A stretch of DNA of 64,000 nt from Octopus vulgaris (GCA_951406725.2 OX597820.1:42780001-42844000), one strand, 5' to 3'. Positions 1 through 15,469 are shown, numbered from the stretch's first letter. Numbers and translations are program-made. The notes: generated by a model from the letters alone, not told the origin.

Positions 1-639
1 ATGGAGAAACTATAGACGAAATTAATAGCCGACGATAAGACTGTTTGCGATTGAAACAAACTTTGGTAAAACAAGGAAACATACGAAGATGAGAGAATAC
101 AGCAAGGGAAAAACACAAATCACAAATAAATAAATAGTAAATAGTTTCATGGGATGAAAAACCTGCCAAATATAATATATCTATCAGATACTATCATCGT
201 ATAAGAATAACATAATACAAATTATATAAAGTAGTGTGATGAAATTAGCTTCAAATTAGGCAAAAAATGGTACAGCCACCATTCATTTTTTCTGTGAGTG
301 AAAATTACTATTTTAAGATCTCACAAAATATCTCCAAATGTTAGTATGATGCATGTACATACAGAATACCAGATATTATCAAAAGAGCAAAAAATGTAAA
401 TTATATCACATCAAAAATATCGATATACCATATGATACCTGGATAGAAACGCAAAAGAGAAAAAAAAATACGCTTATTCTATTTCCTTAGCAGCGCTACG
501 AACAACACCAAACTGCATTAATTTATTGACAATCCATGAACAATTATGTTCCAAAGACATCAACGATAACAGCGGCAACTATACTCTTTGCTCGACAGAA
601 GTATTTTCCTATTTTCTCACTTTTCAACCCTTCTTTTCT

Positions 640-682
640 TCTCTCCTTCCTTTCTTTCTTCCTTCCTTCCTTCTTCCATATT

Positions 683-725
<43 letters not shown>
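640..725. repeat. (CTTC)n/(CTTT)n microsatellite
   Basis: Direct reading; explains ORFs 526-778. Confidence 0.9.
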
Positions 726-726
<1 letters not shown>

Positions 727-2841
727 GCTGTTAAATTTTCTTTTCAAAGTGAACATTATCTGTAACAGTTGCTTTTAACACATCCGGATAATACTTTTTT
801 TTAAAAATTAAATTTCATTTTGTTCTTTGTATTTATTTTTTGCCATATATACATATAACTTTCGAAAATGTTACTGTGCTACTTTCCTTGTGATAAACTG
901 TAGATTCATGTCACTTCTTTTATCTTGTCTATCTCGTTATCCTTTACTTATCTACATACTTTTCACCTAGATACCAACTACCAACTTTCTGTTTTATTTC
1001 ACTAATCGTATTCTTTATATTTCTTGATAGATTTTTTTAATCCACCTTCATTTCTATCATTGTTTCTTATCTCTCCCATCAAATCTATTTCATCTGTAGC
1101 ATCTTTCGTGTTACTTAAATGTCTTCTTTCGTACCATTACTCGTTGTGGCGTTTTACCCAATAATTTTCTTTCATTAATTCTTCCATTCATACATTCAAT
1201 TTATTAATTTACTGTTATACTTTTTTCGTTCCATAGTATCTTCACAACTCATCATGTTGATACAATGCTAATTATCAGTTAAATACTCAAAAGTTAGTAT
1301 CCTGACACCAGCCTTGTCTAGATCACTTAACGTAGCTGTACGCAGGTTTAAGTAGGTAAAGATCAATACACTCAGCCGAGGATCCGGTGTATCATTAATA
1401 AGTTAATAACATATGATTACTTTGCAAGTGTCTATTGAATATTTCCAATATTTCCCATGTGTAGTTGTTAAATAAGAATTTTAAAAATATAGATGAAAAC
1501 ATTGTCTTCGTATAAAATAATGATTTGTTGCGCAGGAAACATATAAGAAATTTTCGTTGGAGGAAACAGCAGGATGTGTGTGTGTGTGTGTGTGGTGTGT
1601 GTGTAAAAGTAAAGGTGCAAAAATTCATAAATGAGGGTGCACCTGCAATTGATAGAAATAAGAGCTAAAACTTATAACTCAAATAGCCACAGAACATCAG
1701 CAACCTCATGAGATATTCAGGGACTGCGAGCGACATCTTTCTTCGGTGAGATAAATCACAGAAAGAAGTATTTTGATAAAACCCTATCATGTGATGTCTA
1801 GAATTTGCTCCGGGTTAAAGAGATAGCTTGCTTCCCATACATGCACACACAAGCACACATACATATACAGACATACACACGCACATATACACGCCGCGCG
1901 CGCATTCATGCATACACTTATAAGCCATTCATCCGTAACGAAACAAAAGTGCACATTCACACATGTAGAGTATAATTAAAAGTCAAATAAAGAACGTACA
2001 TAAAATATATGATCATGTTTTAATCAAAGTATTTATCTATAATTCTAATTATTCTTCTTAACTTATTTTAATATTCAAATAAAACAAGACATATATGTTT
2101 CTATTCGCATTTCATTTTCCCTTATATGGGCATCTATCTGACAGCTGGCACAAGCTGTATAATTAATTTACATACGCGACAATTATTGATATATTCCGAG
2201 AATGAAAAACTAAAATATTATTTCTTGTTATAATCAAATAGTCAATACCCAAATACTATCAAAACTATGTTCTTTCTTTTACTGAACATTATCTGTTGTC
2301 TTTGTTACACCACTATGTAATTTTTTCTACTATCATGTACATTTTATGCAAAGGACCATTTATATTCCTTCCTAATTTTATATATTTCTTTCTACATGTA
2401 TTTTTCCCTTTGCGATATTTTGCTATCCCACATGAATGCATAAGAAATATTATATAACATTTCATAGTCCAGATATTATATATATTTGTGTGTGTGTATT
2501 GATTAAATTACTTGGAAAAAAGAAAAACTAAGAAACTCTCGGAAAGTTATAAAGATTCTAAAATTGCGGAAAGCGTACATAATGTTTTATTAACTGATTA
2601 TATTCTTTATTTCTTAAAAGCAATAATATGTGCGAGCAATGTAGAGAAAGCAAGAAATTGCGAAACAAAGTGTGTAAACAAAGGGATTTCCAATCCCAAT
2701 TGTAAAAATGTTCCTTCTTTCATAGCAGACCGCACATAGTTCTTTCATATGCTAGAAGTAACATCATGAACTCAGAATAATCGTCATCATCATTATAAAC
2801 ATCAGTAGCAGCAGCAATAACAGTAACGGCTAAATTTTGTA

Positions 2842-2877
2842 ACACACACACAGACACAGTAACACGCACACACACAG

Positions 2878-2922
<45 letters not shown>

Positions 2923-2959
2923 TAGAGAGAGAGAGAGATAGAGAGATAGAGAGATAGAG

Positions 2960-3036
<77 letters not shown>
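2842..3036. repeat. Compound (CA)n(TA)n(GA)n(GATA)n microsatellite
   Basis: Direct reading. Confidence 0.95.
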
Positions 3037-3037
<1 letters not shown>

Positions 3038-3417
3038 GCCTATATACAATTGATACATAATACTAGACGTGCATATACACACACTCATACATACATACGT
3101 ACGTACATACTTACGTACATACTTACGTACATACATACATAGATACATATATATAAATACCCATACAGATACATATGCATGGATATACACGCAAATACTC
3201 ATACACGTGTATACTCACACATTCACACTGTTAGACATGGAGACGCACAGAGACACAAGTTCGTTTCAGTATTGAATTCTCTCATCCCAAACATAGAAAC
3301 TCCTATATTATTCAATAAGCTAGTCACCAATAAATAAGCTACACATAATGTAACCTAATGGTTTATAATCCATAACCTTTGTAACTACATGTAAATACAC
3401 ATACATACACACTCATA

Positions 3418-3820
3418 TTCTTTTATTCTTTTATCCTTTTACTTGTTTCAGTCATTTGGCTGCCGCCATGCTGGAGCACCAATCTAAATCGAGCAAAATG
3501 ACCCCCAGGACTTATTCTTTGCAAGCCTAGTGCTTATTATACCGGGGTCTTTTTTGCCGAACCGCTAATTTACGGGGACGTAAGCATACCAGCATCGGTT
3601 ATCAAGCGATGGTAAGGTTGAACAAACAAAACACAGAACCATATATATATATACGACGGGCTTCTTTCAGTTTCCATTTACCAAATCCATTCACAATGCT
3701 TTGGTCGGCCCGCAGCTATAGTAGAAGACACTTGCCCAAGGTGCCAAGCAGTGGGGAGACTGAACCCGGAACCATGTGGTTGGTAAGCAAGGTACTTACC
3801 ACACAGCCACTCCTGCACCT
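3418..3820 (-). mobile_element. tRNA-derived SINE, family A (CORE-like), full length
   Basis: Minus strand: A-box-like TGGCTGTGTGG, B-box-like GGTTCAGTC, CORE-like CACCTTGGGCAAGTG, internal (TA)n spacer, GACTGAAACAAGTAAAAG tail. Six more copies in the window. Confidence 0.9.
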
Positions 3821-3823
3821 ATG

Positions 3824-3855
<32 letters not shown>

Positions 3856-3891
3856 TGTATGTATGTATGTATGTATGTATGTATGTATGTA

Positions 3892-4083
3892 CACGGATGG
3901 ATGCTGAAAAGCTCCTGGCTAGGCTGGAGTTTCAAGTGTACGAATTCTTTTACAGTTCATAGAAAAACAGGAGGATCGCTGCAATAATTTTGTGAATCTG
4001 AGAGGGGAATATGTTGTAAAATCATAGCTGATCCTCCTGCATTTTATTTTACCCAAAGCCCGGAACTTCTCAACACCCCCTCG
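3892..4083 (+). mobile_element. Mariner-derived MITE / internally deleted mariner
   Basis: Imperfect TIRs (GGATGCTGAAAAGCTCCTGGCT vs revcomp GGGTGTTGAGAAGTTCCGGGCT) with TA flanks; internal RCNNFVNLRGEYVVK resembles the mariner transposase C-terminus. Confidence 0.7.
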
Positions 4084-4100
4084 TATAAACATACATACGT

Positions 4101-4149
<49 letters not shown>

Positions 4150-4208
4150 CGTATGTATGTATATATAGATATATGTATATCTATATATATCTATATATAT
4201 ATATATAT

Positions 4209-4410
4209 ATATACTTTATTTAAAGCAGCAGCAAATTCAACAAAATCTGTTACTCTGAGTTTCTCGTTGCCGTTCATCAGACAGTTTTTGCTAGAGAAAC
4301 TCAGAGTAACAGATTTTGTTGAATTTTCTGCTGCTTTAAATAAAGCATATTACTCTACCACTGGTATTTGAGTACTCTATTTTCCACCTTGTTTCACATT
4401 TATATGTTTA

Positions 4411-4414
<4 letters not shown>
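4209..4414. mobile_element. Palindromic hammerhead-bearing element (Penelope-like terminus with inverted arm)
   Basis: Inverted arms 4214-4265 / 4294-4346, 28 bp spacer, extra ~64 bp tail on one side, flanked by (TA)n. Confidence 0.8.
4241..4290 (-). ncRNA. Minimal type I hammerhead ribozyme motif
   Basis: CAAAAACUGU-CUGAUGA-A CG GCAA CG A-GAAA-CUCAGAG UA^ACAGAUUUUG. Stem I 9/10 bp, near-palindromic stem III, GUA triplet; the closing pair of stem II is A.A (non-canonical). Confidence 0.7.
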
Positions 4415-4467
<53 letters not shown>

Positions 4468-4545
4468 TACATACATATACACACACATATATATATATAT
4501 ATATGGATACATATGTAAATATATATATTTACGCATATTTATGTA

Positions 4546-4602
<57 letters not shown>

Positions 4603-4923
4603 ATAATATACACACACAAACGACCATATAATAGTCTAATTGTATTACGCGCCATTGCTCTACATAAAGATTACAGATCACAGAAAGAAATCCAGTTTCC
4701 AGTGCATTGTGGTATTTCAATTATTTTTCCTTCTGCCCATCTAAGATTGATTTCTTACAAAAATATTCCTTTCTGGATCATATTGGAAAACTTAGGAATT
4801 TCCGCCATTTCCCCACTTCCCCTTCAGAATTTCATTTATATTTTCTTCTTCCCTAGCCATCTCTATATTGCTCTCTCTCGCTCCCCCCTCTCTCTCTCTC
4901 TACCTCCTTTCTCTCTTTCCTTC

Positions 4924-4987
<64 letters not shown>

Positions 4988-5395
4988 CTTTTTCAATCGG
5001 TAAACCCGTCCGATTTACCTCCTCTTTATTCCTATACATTTCACTCCCACCGTTATTCCATTAACTTCACTTTATTTCTCTCTCTCTCTCTCTCACTCTT
5101 TATGCAAAATACTTTTCTATCTCTTGAACACATACACAAATTTTTTCCAAATATATTCTTTTTCTAAACTTTGTCCAAACCCGTTTATCCAAAAATTCTT
5201 CGTTTTCTACTTTCTTTATTTCTTAATCTCGTCATCCTCTTGTCTTCCTAATCCCGTGTGCTTAAATTAAATAATTGACTTCTCTTTATTTTCTAAGCAA
5301 CACTTAGATTTTTATTTCATTTGATCTCGTTAACCCTGTCCCAACTTACCTTTTTAGCTTTCGATATACCTCATTCGGCCTTCTTTTATTTCTCT

Positions 5396-5448
<53 letters not shown>

Positions 5449-5464
5449 ACAGTCGAATATATTG

Positions 5465-5650
5465 ATAATCCTTTCTACTAAAGGCACACGGCTTGAAATT
5501 TGGTGGAGAGTGTACAAGTCGATTGTGTCGACCCCGAAATGATGAAGAGCAAAATCGATCTGGGTGGGATTTAAACTCAAAACGTAAAGACGGGCGAAAA
5601 GCTGCTAAGCATTTTACTCGTCTGTTAACGATTCTACCATCTCGCCGCCT
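5465..5650 (-). mobile_element. SINE family B (Nin/Deu-domain-like), diverged
   Basis: Revcomp aligns to the 45176 copy: GGCGGCGAG head, GAGTTTAAATCC B-box, TCATCATTTCGGGGTCGA domain. Confidence 0.8.
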
Positions 5651-7346
5651 TGCATCCGTCATTGAATATATATATATATAAAACTTGTAATCGTAATGTC
5701 TATTAGTGAACAGTCAATTTTTGTTCTTAGATGAATGATGAATTACCTCTTCCAATCAAGTAAATAAATGAAAATTTGGTTATTAGTGTCTTCGGTTGAT
5801 TTATATGTTTATTCCCTTCTCTAGAGTAGAAAATCACACTATGCAATACATTACAAACATATGCCCATACACAAATGTAGGTATATATATATATTTATAT
5901 GTATGTGTGTGTCTATGTGTATTTGCGTTTGTGTGTGTGTATTTGTATGTATGTATGTATGTATGTATGTATGAATGTATGTATGTATGTATGTATGTAT
6001 GTATGTATGTATGTATGTATGTATGTATGTATGTATGTATGTATGTATGTATGCATGAATGCATTTACGTACGTGTGTATATAGTCGGCTGGAATAAATT
6101 GGGTAAAGCTAGAAGTTTTCAAGTGTGTGGGTCAGTAATTGAGTCAGCTATCCTGGACTAAAAACGTCAGAAGAAAATGGAGGATTGCGTCGATTCCTGA
6201 CAAAAGGATTATAACTTTGAAATAACGAAATACAAGTTTATGTGCAAATAACATGTACTACCAGTTGAAAGCTACTCTAGCAGGCTTATGTAGGCTATCA
6301 GGGGAAAATATACAACATATTTTGTGCCTTCTTCTCGATCACACAAGTCTCCTTTAGTGAGATGACGCTCCGCTTGCTAGAACAAATGGCTGATAAGCTT
6401 CACTCGCCAGTCTTCTAACTAAATCTTATTGTATTCTGTTAACCATATCCCAAATCGTGACTTCCTTCGCCGTAGTTTGAATACCACTCGTATCTTTTCT
6501 ACGGAGTTAGGTCTAGTGGCACAAGTATCACCCATACTGCTTCCATGAATCCTCGTCTAGCTTCGATCACATAATGTTCTACATTTCAGTGTGCGTCTTC
6601 ACATTCTACATATACAAACATGAACACAAGCATATACAAATATATATGTGTCTGCGTGTCTATGTTTATATAATTATATATAGATTGTATATAAATATAT
6701 TTATATATAAATATATTTATAAACATATATATTAATGTATATCAATATATATATATATAATTATACACATATATATATACATATATATACGTATACATAT
6801 ACATATATGTATATATATGAATATATATACATATGTATATATATATATTCATATGTGCCTGTGCTTCAGTTTTCTCTGCATAGAAATTTTACAGGAAGTA
6901 TTATATTTACATATAGTAGGCAAAACTTTATGATTAATATGTAGTAATATCATAGAGAATACTTTTCAAGGCAAGTGAAAATATAAATATATTGTTATAG
7001 CATACTTCTACCATTGCTATATGCTAAATAATGAATATTTGCAACCAACAAGCAATTTCTTTTGAGTAATTAATTAATCATTAGGGAAAGCAAACGAGTA
7101 ATAACTAGTAATATTCCTAATAGTACACTTAACAAATAACTTGTAAAAATATAAAATTCTGAAAACCGCAAATGAAGTACTTGTACTTTAAACAAAATGA
7201 TATATAAGACTACACACGCACACACGGGCAATTATACGCATACGCAGACACACACACGTTTACACACAGAAACACACAAACACGTTGATATGCACATACA
7301 AACACATACTCATACACGTGCATTCGCGTATGTCTGTGTGTGTATG

Positions 7347-7401
<55 letters not shown>

Positions 7402-7877
7402 TGCACAACCACACACAAACACACACACATGCCTAAGTATGTATTGATATACATATAGAATTAATCATTCAAGTTGTTATGAGTTTGTAGAAAAGTGCTA
7501 ATTAGTTAAGTGATGAATGAAATTATTAATCAAAAATAAATGTAAACAATGAGAAAAATTCAATCGACAAAATGATAAAGTATAAATTAAAGACTGTTAT
7601 CCAGAACCAATATATTGATTCAGTGTCGGTAGAAAGACGTACAACGGTATCATGTATATATGTATATATAGATATAGATATAGATATAAATATATAAAAT
7701 AAAGCATCCTTTTTATACAGCAAATTTAAATAATCTAGAATTTTTTTATGGAAACAAAATATGATTCTATAATTTGCATATAAAAAAATTGCCAGTTTTC
7801 TTTACAAAAATAACTGAATTAACGTTGAAACAGGAAAATTTTGCCCACTATACAGAATCTCTCTCTCTCTTTCTCTC

Positions 7878-7936
<59 letters not shown>

Positions 7937-7939
7937 CAT

Positions 7940-8100
7940 TTGGACTGTTCGCTGTTTTTCCTCCTTCTTCCTTCTTTCCCTTTAGACTTAAACTGTTTTT
8001 CCTGTTTCCGAAGAAGAGTTTTGCTCGAAATGTAATACAACTACTCTCTTCTTTCTCTGAGCGTCTCTACTAATATATTGCTTGTGCTATGTCCCCGGGT
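7940..8100 (+). mobile_element. Penelope-like 3' terminal fragment with decayed hammerhead-like motif
   Basis: CCGAAGAAGAGTTTTGCTCGAAATGTA then CTGAGCGTC; same motifs at 29915 (+) and 58928 (-); between (TA)n tracts. Confidence 0.55.
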
Positions 8101-8131
8101 ATATGTGTGTGTGCGTATGTATGTATATATG

Positions 8132-8179
<48 letters not shown>

Positions 8180-8199
8180 CATGCAGATATATATAACTG

Positions 8200-8235
<36 letters not shown>

Positions 8236-8550
8236 TATAATTATATAAAATACTATATTTGGATTCAACTAATCCGGTGATGTTTATAAAAAACATAAAC
8301 ATAAATATTTAATGTCTCGTTCTCCCAAACATATGGAATAGTCGATACAAAAGAAAATCATAAGGTGTGATTAAAATTATAAATAACGAAAGAAATATAC
8401 TGATAAAATTTATTTTACCATTCGAAATGCTTATTTAGCGACGATTAATAAATATATACAGAATAATTTATTTTATATTTTTAGTAAATAATAAATTAGT
8501 TTTATGCTTGCATTAATATATAGATATAGATATATATATATATATATATG

Positions 8551-8615
<65 letters not shown>

Positions 8616-11600
8616 TAGATATATATATATAAGTTAAAAACATTACTGCAACATAACATTTCAAGAACCTTGAGTCAGTTGTTAAAAATTTGGGATGATT
8701 AAATATATTTTATCATAAAACATTTTTCTCATTATATTTATATATATATATATAGACAGAGAGAGAGAGGGGGGAGAGAGAAGTAGATAGATAGATAAAT
8801 AAGATAGATAGATAGATATATAGATAGATAGATATGTTTATTTATGTATGTGTGTATGTATGCATATATGTATGTGCGTGTGTGTAATTGAATTTATTAA
8901 TGCATAGCTTAAAATAACTTCTCTATATATACCTATACCTATACTCTAGTTAAATAATGATTTATGTTATTTACGTATACAGAATAACTAAATAGCTAAT
9001 GAAATATTAAAAAACTGTTACTTAGATCCAGTCCAGTAAGTCAAAAAAGTAAGGTCAATCTTTTTTAATAAAACGTATATCCCAGTGGATGACAAAATGA
9101 AATTATCAATTAATGAATATTCATAGAAATATGATATATAAGTACCATCTTGTGAAAGCTATATAAATATTAGTTATAAAGCATTAAATATAGTAAAGCC
9201 TTGCTAACTACCCAAACACTATAAATATCGTTTATTATATATAAAATCATTTGAAAATATCTTATATTTAGTTTGTAGCTAAGATCAAAGCCGATAATTC
9301 TGTGTAGCGTGTTGTTAAATCTCTAAAGAGAAAATTAGAAAATTTATAAAATATTAAATTGTATTAACTAGACCCAATCTAGTGATTATATGTTTAGGGA
9401 AGCATCTGTGTTCATCGTTTTTATAAATGTATTATGCTTATAGGCAATTTTTAATAGCCGTGATAATTCTAATTATTAATCGACAGGAAAAAACTAAATG
9501 TGTTTGCTTAATTTACGTCAGATATACGTTGATAATAGTGGTAAGTCTTATAGACCATATGGATGTATGGTGCTGTAATCGTGCTCTTATGAATCAGTGG
9601 GCCTGTTTCAAATAGAATTTCTACTGTTTCTACCTTACAGAAATTATAGATTTCTATGTATAGAGATCTGGTTTACCCGATATATAAAATTTCAAGTTAT
9701 AATGTGCAATAATATCTATCAGGTGCTTTAGTAACAGGATAAATTTGTTATATTTCGTAGTAGCATTTCTAAAGGATTGTGTGAGCTGCTGTGCTGGTGT
9801 CGTACCTTGACACTTTTGGCAGTTGATTTATTGTATACCTTGTGCGTATTGTTAGTTTTAACTGCAGATTTTTATGCTATATTTCCGGTTAGCAAGTTGG
9901 AGCTAAGAGAAAAGATATCAAGGTGAATATCATTGCAATTATTGCTGCTCCATCTATGATTAAGTTAACAAACTTAGAAGTTATATTCTGGTCTATATTA
10001 AACGTGCTAGAGTTGGAAGCTCTTACAGTGTCTATGCTGAATATAACGTGGTGTCAACATTATGCTAGGAATAGCACACGAAAGAGAATGTGTTCGCTAA
10101 TTATTTTAGGTCCCTGTTTGATTGCCAGTAAATGTTAAATCACTATGGATCCACACATGATTTATATGAGAGCGAGAGTGAGAGAGAGCTGAACCAGCAC
10201 ATATTTTGAGCTTAGAATACTAGAAGACCGTAAAATCAAGCGCATCCAACAAGGTTTCAGCACATCACCCGGTTCAGAAACAGGGTTCCTAACCAACAGG
10301 CCACTATCTTTATGCCTACTTGGTAGAAAATACTTTGCTTTTAAATGGGACTATTTCAAAGTTGCAGAGGATTATTACATGAGATACAACGTATTTGAGG
10401 GTGGAATATATTAGATATTGTATTTATACGTATCTCATTGGATCCATATCTAAAATATAAAGTAGAATTATTAAAGATTTGTTTATAAGTTTGCTTGAAA
10501 TTCTCAGTGAGAAATTTTATGCTAAATTCTTAGTTATAGAGCAACGTTGTATGAATAAGTTACTACATATATCCAAACATTCCATTGCTATTTTTATGAA
10601 TACTAATGCCCAAAACCTAAATGACAAAGCTTGAAATCTTAACAGTGATGACGTCGACTTTGAAGCAATTAATATATTTTAGATTCCCAAAGAAATTGTG
10701 GAATTGATTCTTAATTCTATTGGGAAAATTAGAGTTGGTTACAATTATTCTGGTGTATTCGGATTCTATAAAAGGGAATTAATATTCACGTTTATGCAGT
10801 ATATAACAACCAATCACTTCTTTTACTTCAGTAGAGTCCTATATGATCATGTTCACATCAAAAGGAGTAATAGATGATCTCTCTTAATACTATTCAAAAT
10901 TAACCGCTGTTTTCCTGGGTTCATCAATTACTCTTAATCATAATCTTATTAGTAATAATCTCAGCATACTTAATTAGCTACACTAGTAGGGTTTTGATGA
11001 TGGAAGTGTGATAATTATCAATATCAAATTGCAAAATTTTAGTTCTAATGTCAATGCTACAGATATAGTTAATTACTCCTTTGTATCAAACTAATTTGAG
11101 GAAGCCAAAATAGGAGTATCTATCTCTAAGCTATACTTACATATACTAACTATATCAGATTTAATTGCATTAATTAACCTAACTCTTCGATTAATATTAT
11201 AACTTGCTTACTGGGTATTGAGGAAAGTATGAGTTTTGAGGGTACTATCGTGTGTACGTATACATATTTTGGCTGTATTTTATTGTGATCTCAAAATATT
11301 CCAGTTAATTTTTCTACAACAATTTTTACCTTTCTTACTAGAAGGTTGTAAGCGTTTTTAGCCGCATGGTACCGGTTCCTTTCTTAAATTTTCGGGGGTT
11401 TTTTTTCTTGTTTTCTTTCATATATTTCTTTCTAAGATTATAAAAGTAACCCGAAACGGAGTGTTCACAACCTGAGCCAACATTCCCATGTGTATGCACA
11501 CAGTCCTTGTGCGTTCATACACATGTACATACACACATATATGTATATATATAATTGTTACTAATGCTGTAATTAACGCACTAATGATGGCAACGGAAAT

Positions 11601-11744
11601 TGCCGAAACTGCCGTCAATCTTAAGAATACTCGGTCTGCATACATACATACATACATACATACATACATACATACATACATACATACATACATACATACA
11701 TACATACATGTATACATACATACATACATAAATATATGCATATA

Positions 11745-11967
11745 CTCTTTTACTCATTAACTTGTTTCAGTCATTTGACTGCGGCCAAGCTGGAGCACCA
11801 CCTTTATTCTTATAAATCGACGCCAGGACTTATTCTTTGTAAGCCTAGTACTGATACTATCGGTTTATTTTGCCGAACCGCTAAGTGACGGAGACGTAAA
11901 CACACTGGCATCGGTTGTCAAGTGATGGTGGGTAGACAAACACAGAATCAAACATTAAACACATACA

Positions 11968-12000
<33 letters not shown>

Positions 12001-12196
12001 TATATATATGTATATATACATATATATACGACGGGCTTCTTTCTATCTATCTTCTGTCTATCAAATCCAGTCACTAGGCTTTGGTCGGCCCGAGGTTATA
12101 GTAAAAGATAACTGCCCAAGGTGTCACGCAGTGGGACAGAACCCGGAACCATGTGGTTGGGAAGCAAGCTTCTTACCGTACAGCAACTCCTGTGCC
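11745..12196 (-). mobile_element. SINE family A, full length
   Basis: Colinear with 3418-3820; head abuts (TA)n. Confidence 0.9.
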
Positions 12197-12198
12197 TG

Positions 12199-12290
<92 letters not shown>

Positions 12291-12783
12291 TGCGTGTGTG
12301 TGTGTGTGTGTGTGTATGCATATATGTGTGTATATGCATGCATATCTATTTATATGTACGTATGAATGTATATTTAGAATCCGAGCATGACTTCCTAAGA
12401 TCAAATACAGAATACAGAATGTGTATTTATGTACGTTATACAAATTAACTTTGTATCTAAAATTTGTAAATGCTGAAAATGCTGAGAGATCATATAATTG
12501 AAATTTCGCTATTCAAACTGTCGTTCCCTTAAGTAAGTGTTAAACGTTTCATCGCTAATGTTTAAAATATTTATTATTGAATTTAAGATTCTTAATTTCT
12601 CTGTTAAACAAAGGATTCATGTACTGGCTCGACCATTATATTTGCTGCTATTATCTATGATGCCCCAGATTATCAGGTGGTTGTCCACACCTCTATAATC
12701 AACTCTCCATACCAAGTTATACAAATATGTCGCGAGATTTTTATTCTTACCTCTTTTCCCACTCCAACACACACTGAAATACG

Positions 12784-12845
<62 letters not shown>

Positions 12846-12997
12846 ACAATATTAAGGAATGGCCTTGATAGGCCATTCGACCCACTAGAATGAGCAGCTA
12901 AACTCAAACCGCTAAATAGTTGTAATTCAGAAACCAAAGGAAAATAAAAGCATTTACCCTTATCATCTTTGGACTATGCATAGTTTCGACATACACG

Positions 12998-13062
<65 letters not shown>

Positions 13063-13219
13063 TGTGTGTATGTACGTGCACACAAAGTTATATACGTATA
13101 CATCTATACATGTATGCCTATTTATATATATATCCATGTATTATTTGCTACGTTTCCAAGGATCAATGTCCATGTTTTTTCCAAGCCTTCCGGTACCGAT
13201 TAGATTAATACCATTAATG

Positions 13220-14900
13220 CAGAACACGAACTATTTTATTTAGATTGCAATGAAAATTTCAGCCGGCCGCTCTTCTAGGAGCGAAGTAATTAACGTAGTG
13301 GATAGTCCGGCGACAGGCAGAAAAGCCTATAGATGAGAAGATGCGAGAGAAGCGAGTTAAAATTTCCTTTCAGAAAGTGGCAATAGAGAGGTGGTTTTCA
13401 TGTGCAGATGTAACTATAGTATCATTAGAAAAGCTACGAAGATCCTTTAGGTTTGTGGAGTGTGTTGACAAGGGGCTTTACGGTACTCAGTTGGGTAATG
13501 AGAGGACCATATGTCCCCGTAATGCAGTAGATGTTAATAAAGGTCTGGTTTCGCTAACTGAGATTATGGGTATTTATGAGGCCTAACTTTTCTAAAGACC
13601 GTATGATTCCTATGTGAATACAGTTAATGTTCAAGCAATTTTGCTAAGTTTTGTTCATCCCAGTAATTCTTTCGTACGTTGCTGTTAAAAGAAACAATAT
13701 TGGTATCACTCTACAAGGAGATGATTTTGTGATGTCCATTGAAAGAAATTTTGCGCGTGTGACATGCCGTGTGGAGTTTGCGTGACGATGATGCATGTTT
13801 TGAAAAGGTTAGCATGGCATGGAAGTTAGTATCGTCTGTGTTGCACTAAGCGTCTTGGAATATAGTGGCCAATAGATCACTGGCGTATAACAGGAAGAGA
13901 GTGAAGTACAAAATTTGAGACGTCCCAAATTTCACAGAAGCGGGATAAAAAGTATCCCGTTAGCATATCTCCTTAGTTCAATCTGATAATAAACTACTGA
14001 AGAGATGAAAGACAGATGCAACCACAGGTGACAAGTTTACATGACAGAATTTATAACAAACATGGTTTCGGATGCTAGTATTACTTTTAACGAACTTTCC
14101 ATTGTGAGAATCCACCGGTGAGTAAAATCGGATTGTAGCTTTTATGGAAGGTGTAATGGGGTTAATTGAGGAGAGACACGCAGTCAGTCCGACAGATTCA
14201 ATATGCGAACTTTGTTGTTCATACTTTTGATGGAATTGAGAACAACAGGTTGATAGCTGGCAATTTTAGAGTGTTAGACATTTCTGAGGATGAAATACTC
14301 AGTGGAGTATATGTAAAGGGGGAGTATATACTTGTAGAGAGTGAAATGTTGAAGGGTTTACTGAATGTAATGATACTCTCTGCAAGAAAGGGCTTTGGGA
14401 TTGTAACAGTGACGTGTTGCGTTTTTCGTTTATAGGTATCGGCTATAATTTCTCATTTGACGTGTTTGTATGCAAGGTGTGGAACTTAATAAGGCAGACG
14501 GGAATAAATTTACAAGATATATGTTAACTTAATGTAGCTCCCAAGCTCTCGAGCTATCCTTTTTGAGAAAGAGCATAGTTTGAATCTTATGTTATGAAAG
14601 AGATCTTTGTAGTTTAGGATAGAGGACTTAGAGATAAATAAGCCACTTCCAAAAAGAACGACATCGAAGTTTTGCTAAAGGGTATAGGAAGACATAGCCA
14701 AAAAGAGTTTTTCTCGTACTCCTGGATGTTTCTGATGGAATACATAACTGTTGTTCCGAAAATATATATGCGGCCAGAGATAATTCTCGATATGTGTTGG
14801 GTGGTTGCAATGAATCAGGGATCTGTGACCCAAAAGGGGCTGAGAATATTACAGGCTCGTAGACATTGTTTCGATGTGAGAAATAGGCAAGTCTAGGAGC
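13220..14900 (-). pseudogene. Decayed non-LTR retrotransposon RT (CR1/Jockey-like)
   Basis: Minus-strand translation ~13930-13820 gives ILYFTLFLLYASDLL...NTDDTNFH (RT SPxLF and YADD motifs); ~13300-13260 gives HYVNYFAPRR (SFFPRT-type C-terminal motif). Many stops; boundaries approximate. Confidence 0.65.
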
Positions 14901-14993
14901 AGTGTTTTGAGTACTCATTCTCTGGATAGTTACCCAACGACGGACACACTCACAAACATACACACACTTATACTTTTGTTTGCTACTTATGGT

Positions 14994-15025
<32 letters not shown>

Positions 15026-15469
15026 CTAGCAGTATAGCCCGGCGTTGTTCGGGTTTGTTTTTTAGTTGCGATTAAAACGGCAGACTTTGATTTCGCGTTA
15101 ACAATGTTTTGGTAGCTTCAAACTATTTTGAAAAGTAAAAGTTTTGCATTATATAGCTTGTTATTTTCTCTAAGTGAACATTTTTCTGGTTGAAATACAT
15201 CGAGAAATGGCGACACAGCAGTCTAAAACTCGTAAAAGCAATAGGGATTTTCATAGAAAAAAGCACCTTTTTGATGTAAATAATTTTTGGTCTTAACATG
15301 GAGCAATTTGACATTTTTCTTCTATGGAATGAAGAGCAAGCTTTCTTCTATCATACTCTCAATTTTCGTCAACTTGCGCCGCAGGGTCTCGGAAGAGATA
15401 TTGTTAGTTGAAAGCTACCAAACCTGCCACACACACACAAACAACTTCAGCTCTATATGTATGTATATA

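Noticed and set aside
740-2480. Short similarities between ~740-870 and ~2270-2470 (TGAACATTATCTGT)
   Set aside because: Too short and AT-rich to distinguish from chance without an alignment.
9400-11240. Possible very old LINE/SINE remnants
   Set aside because: No translatable motif could be identified with confidence by eye.
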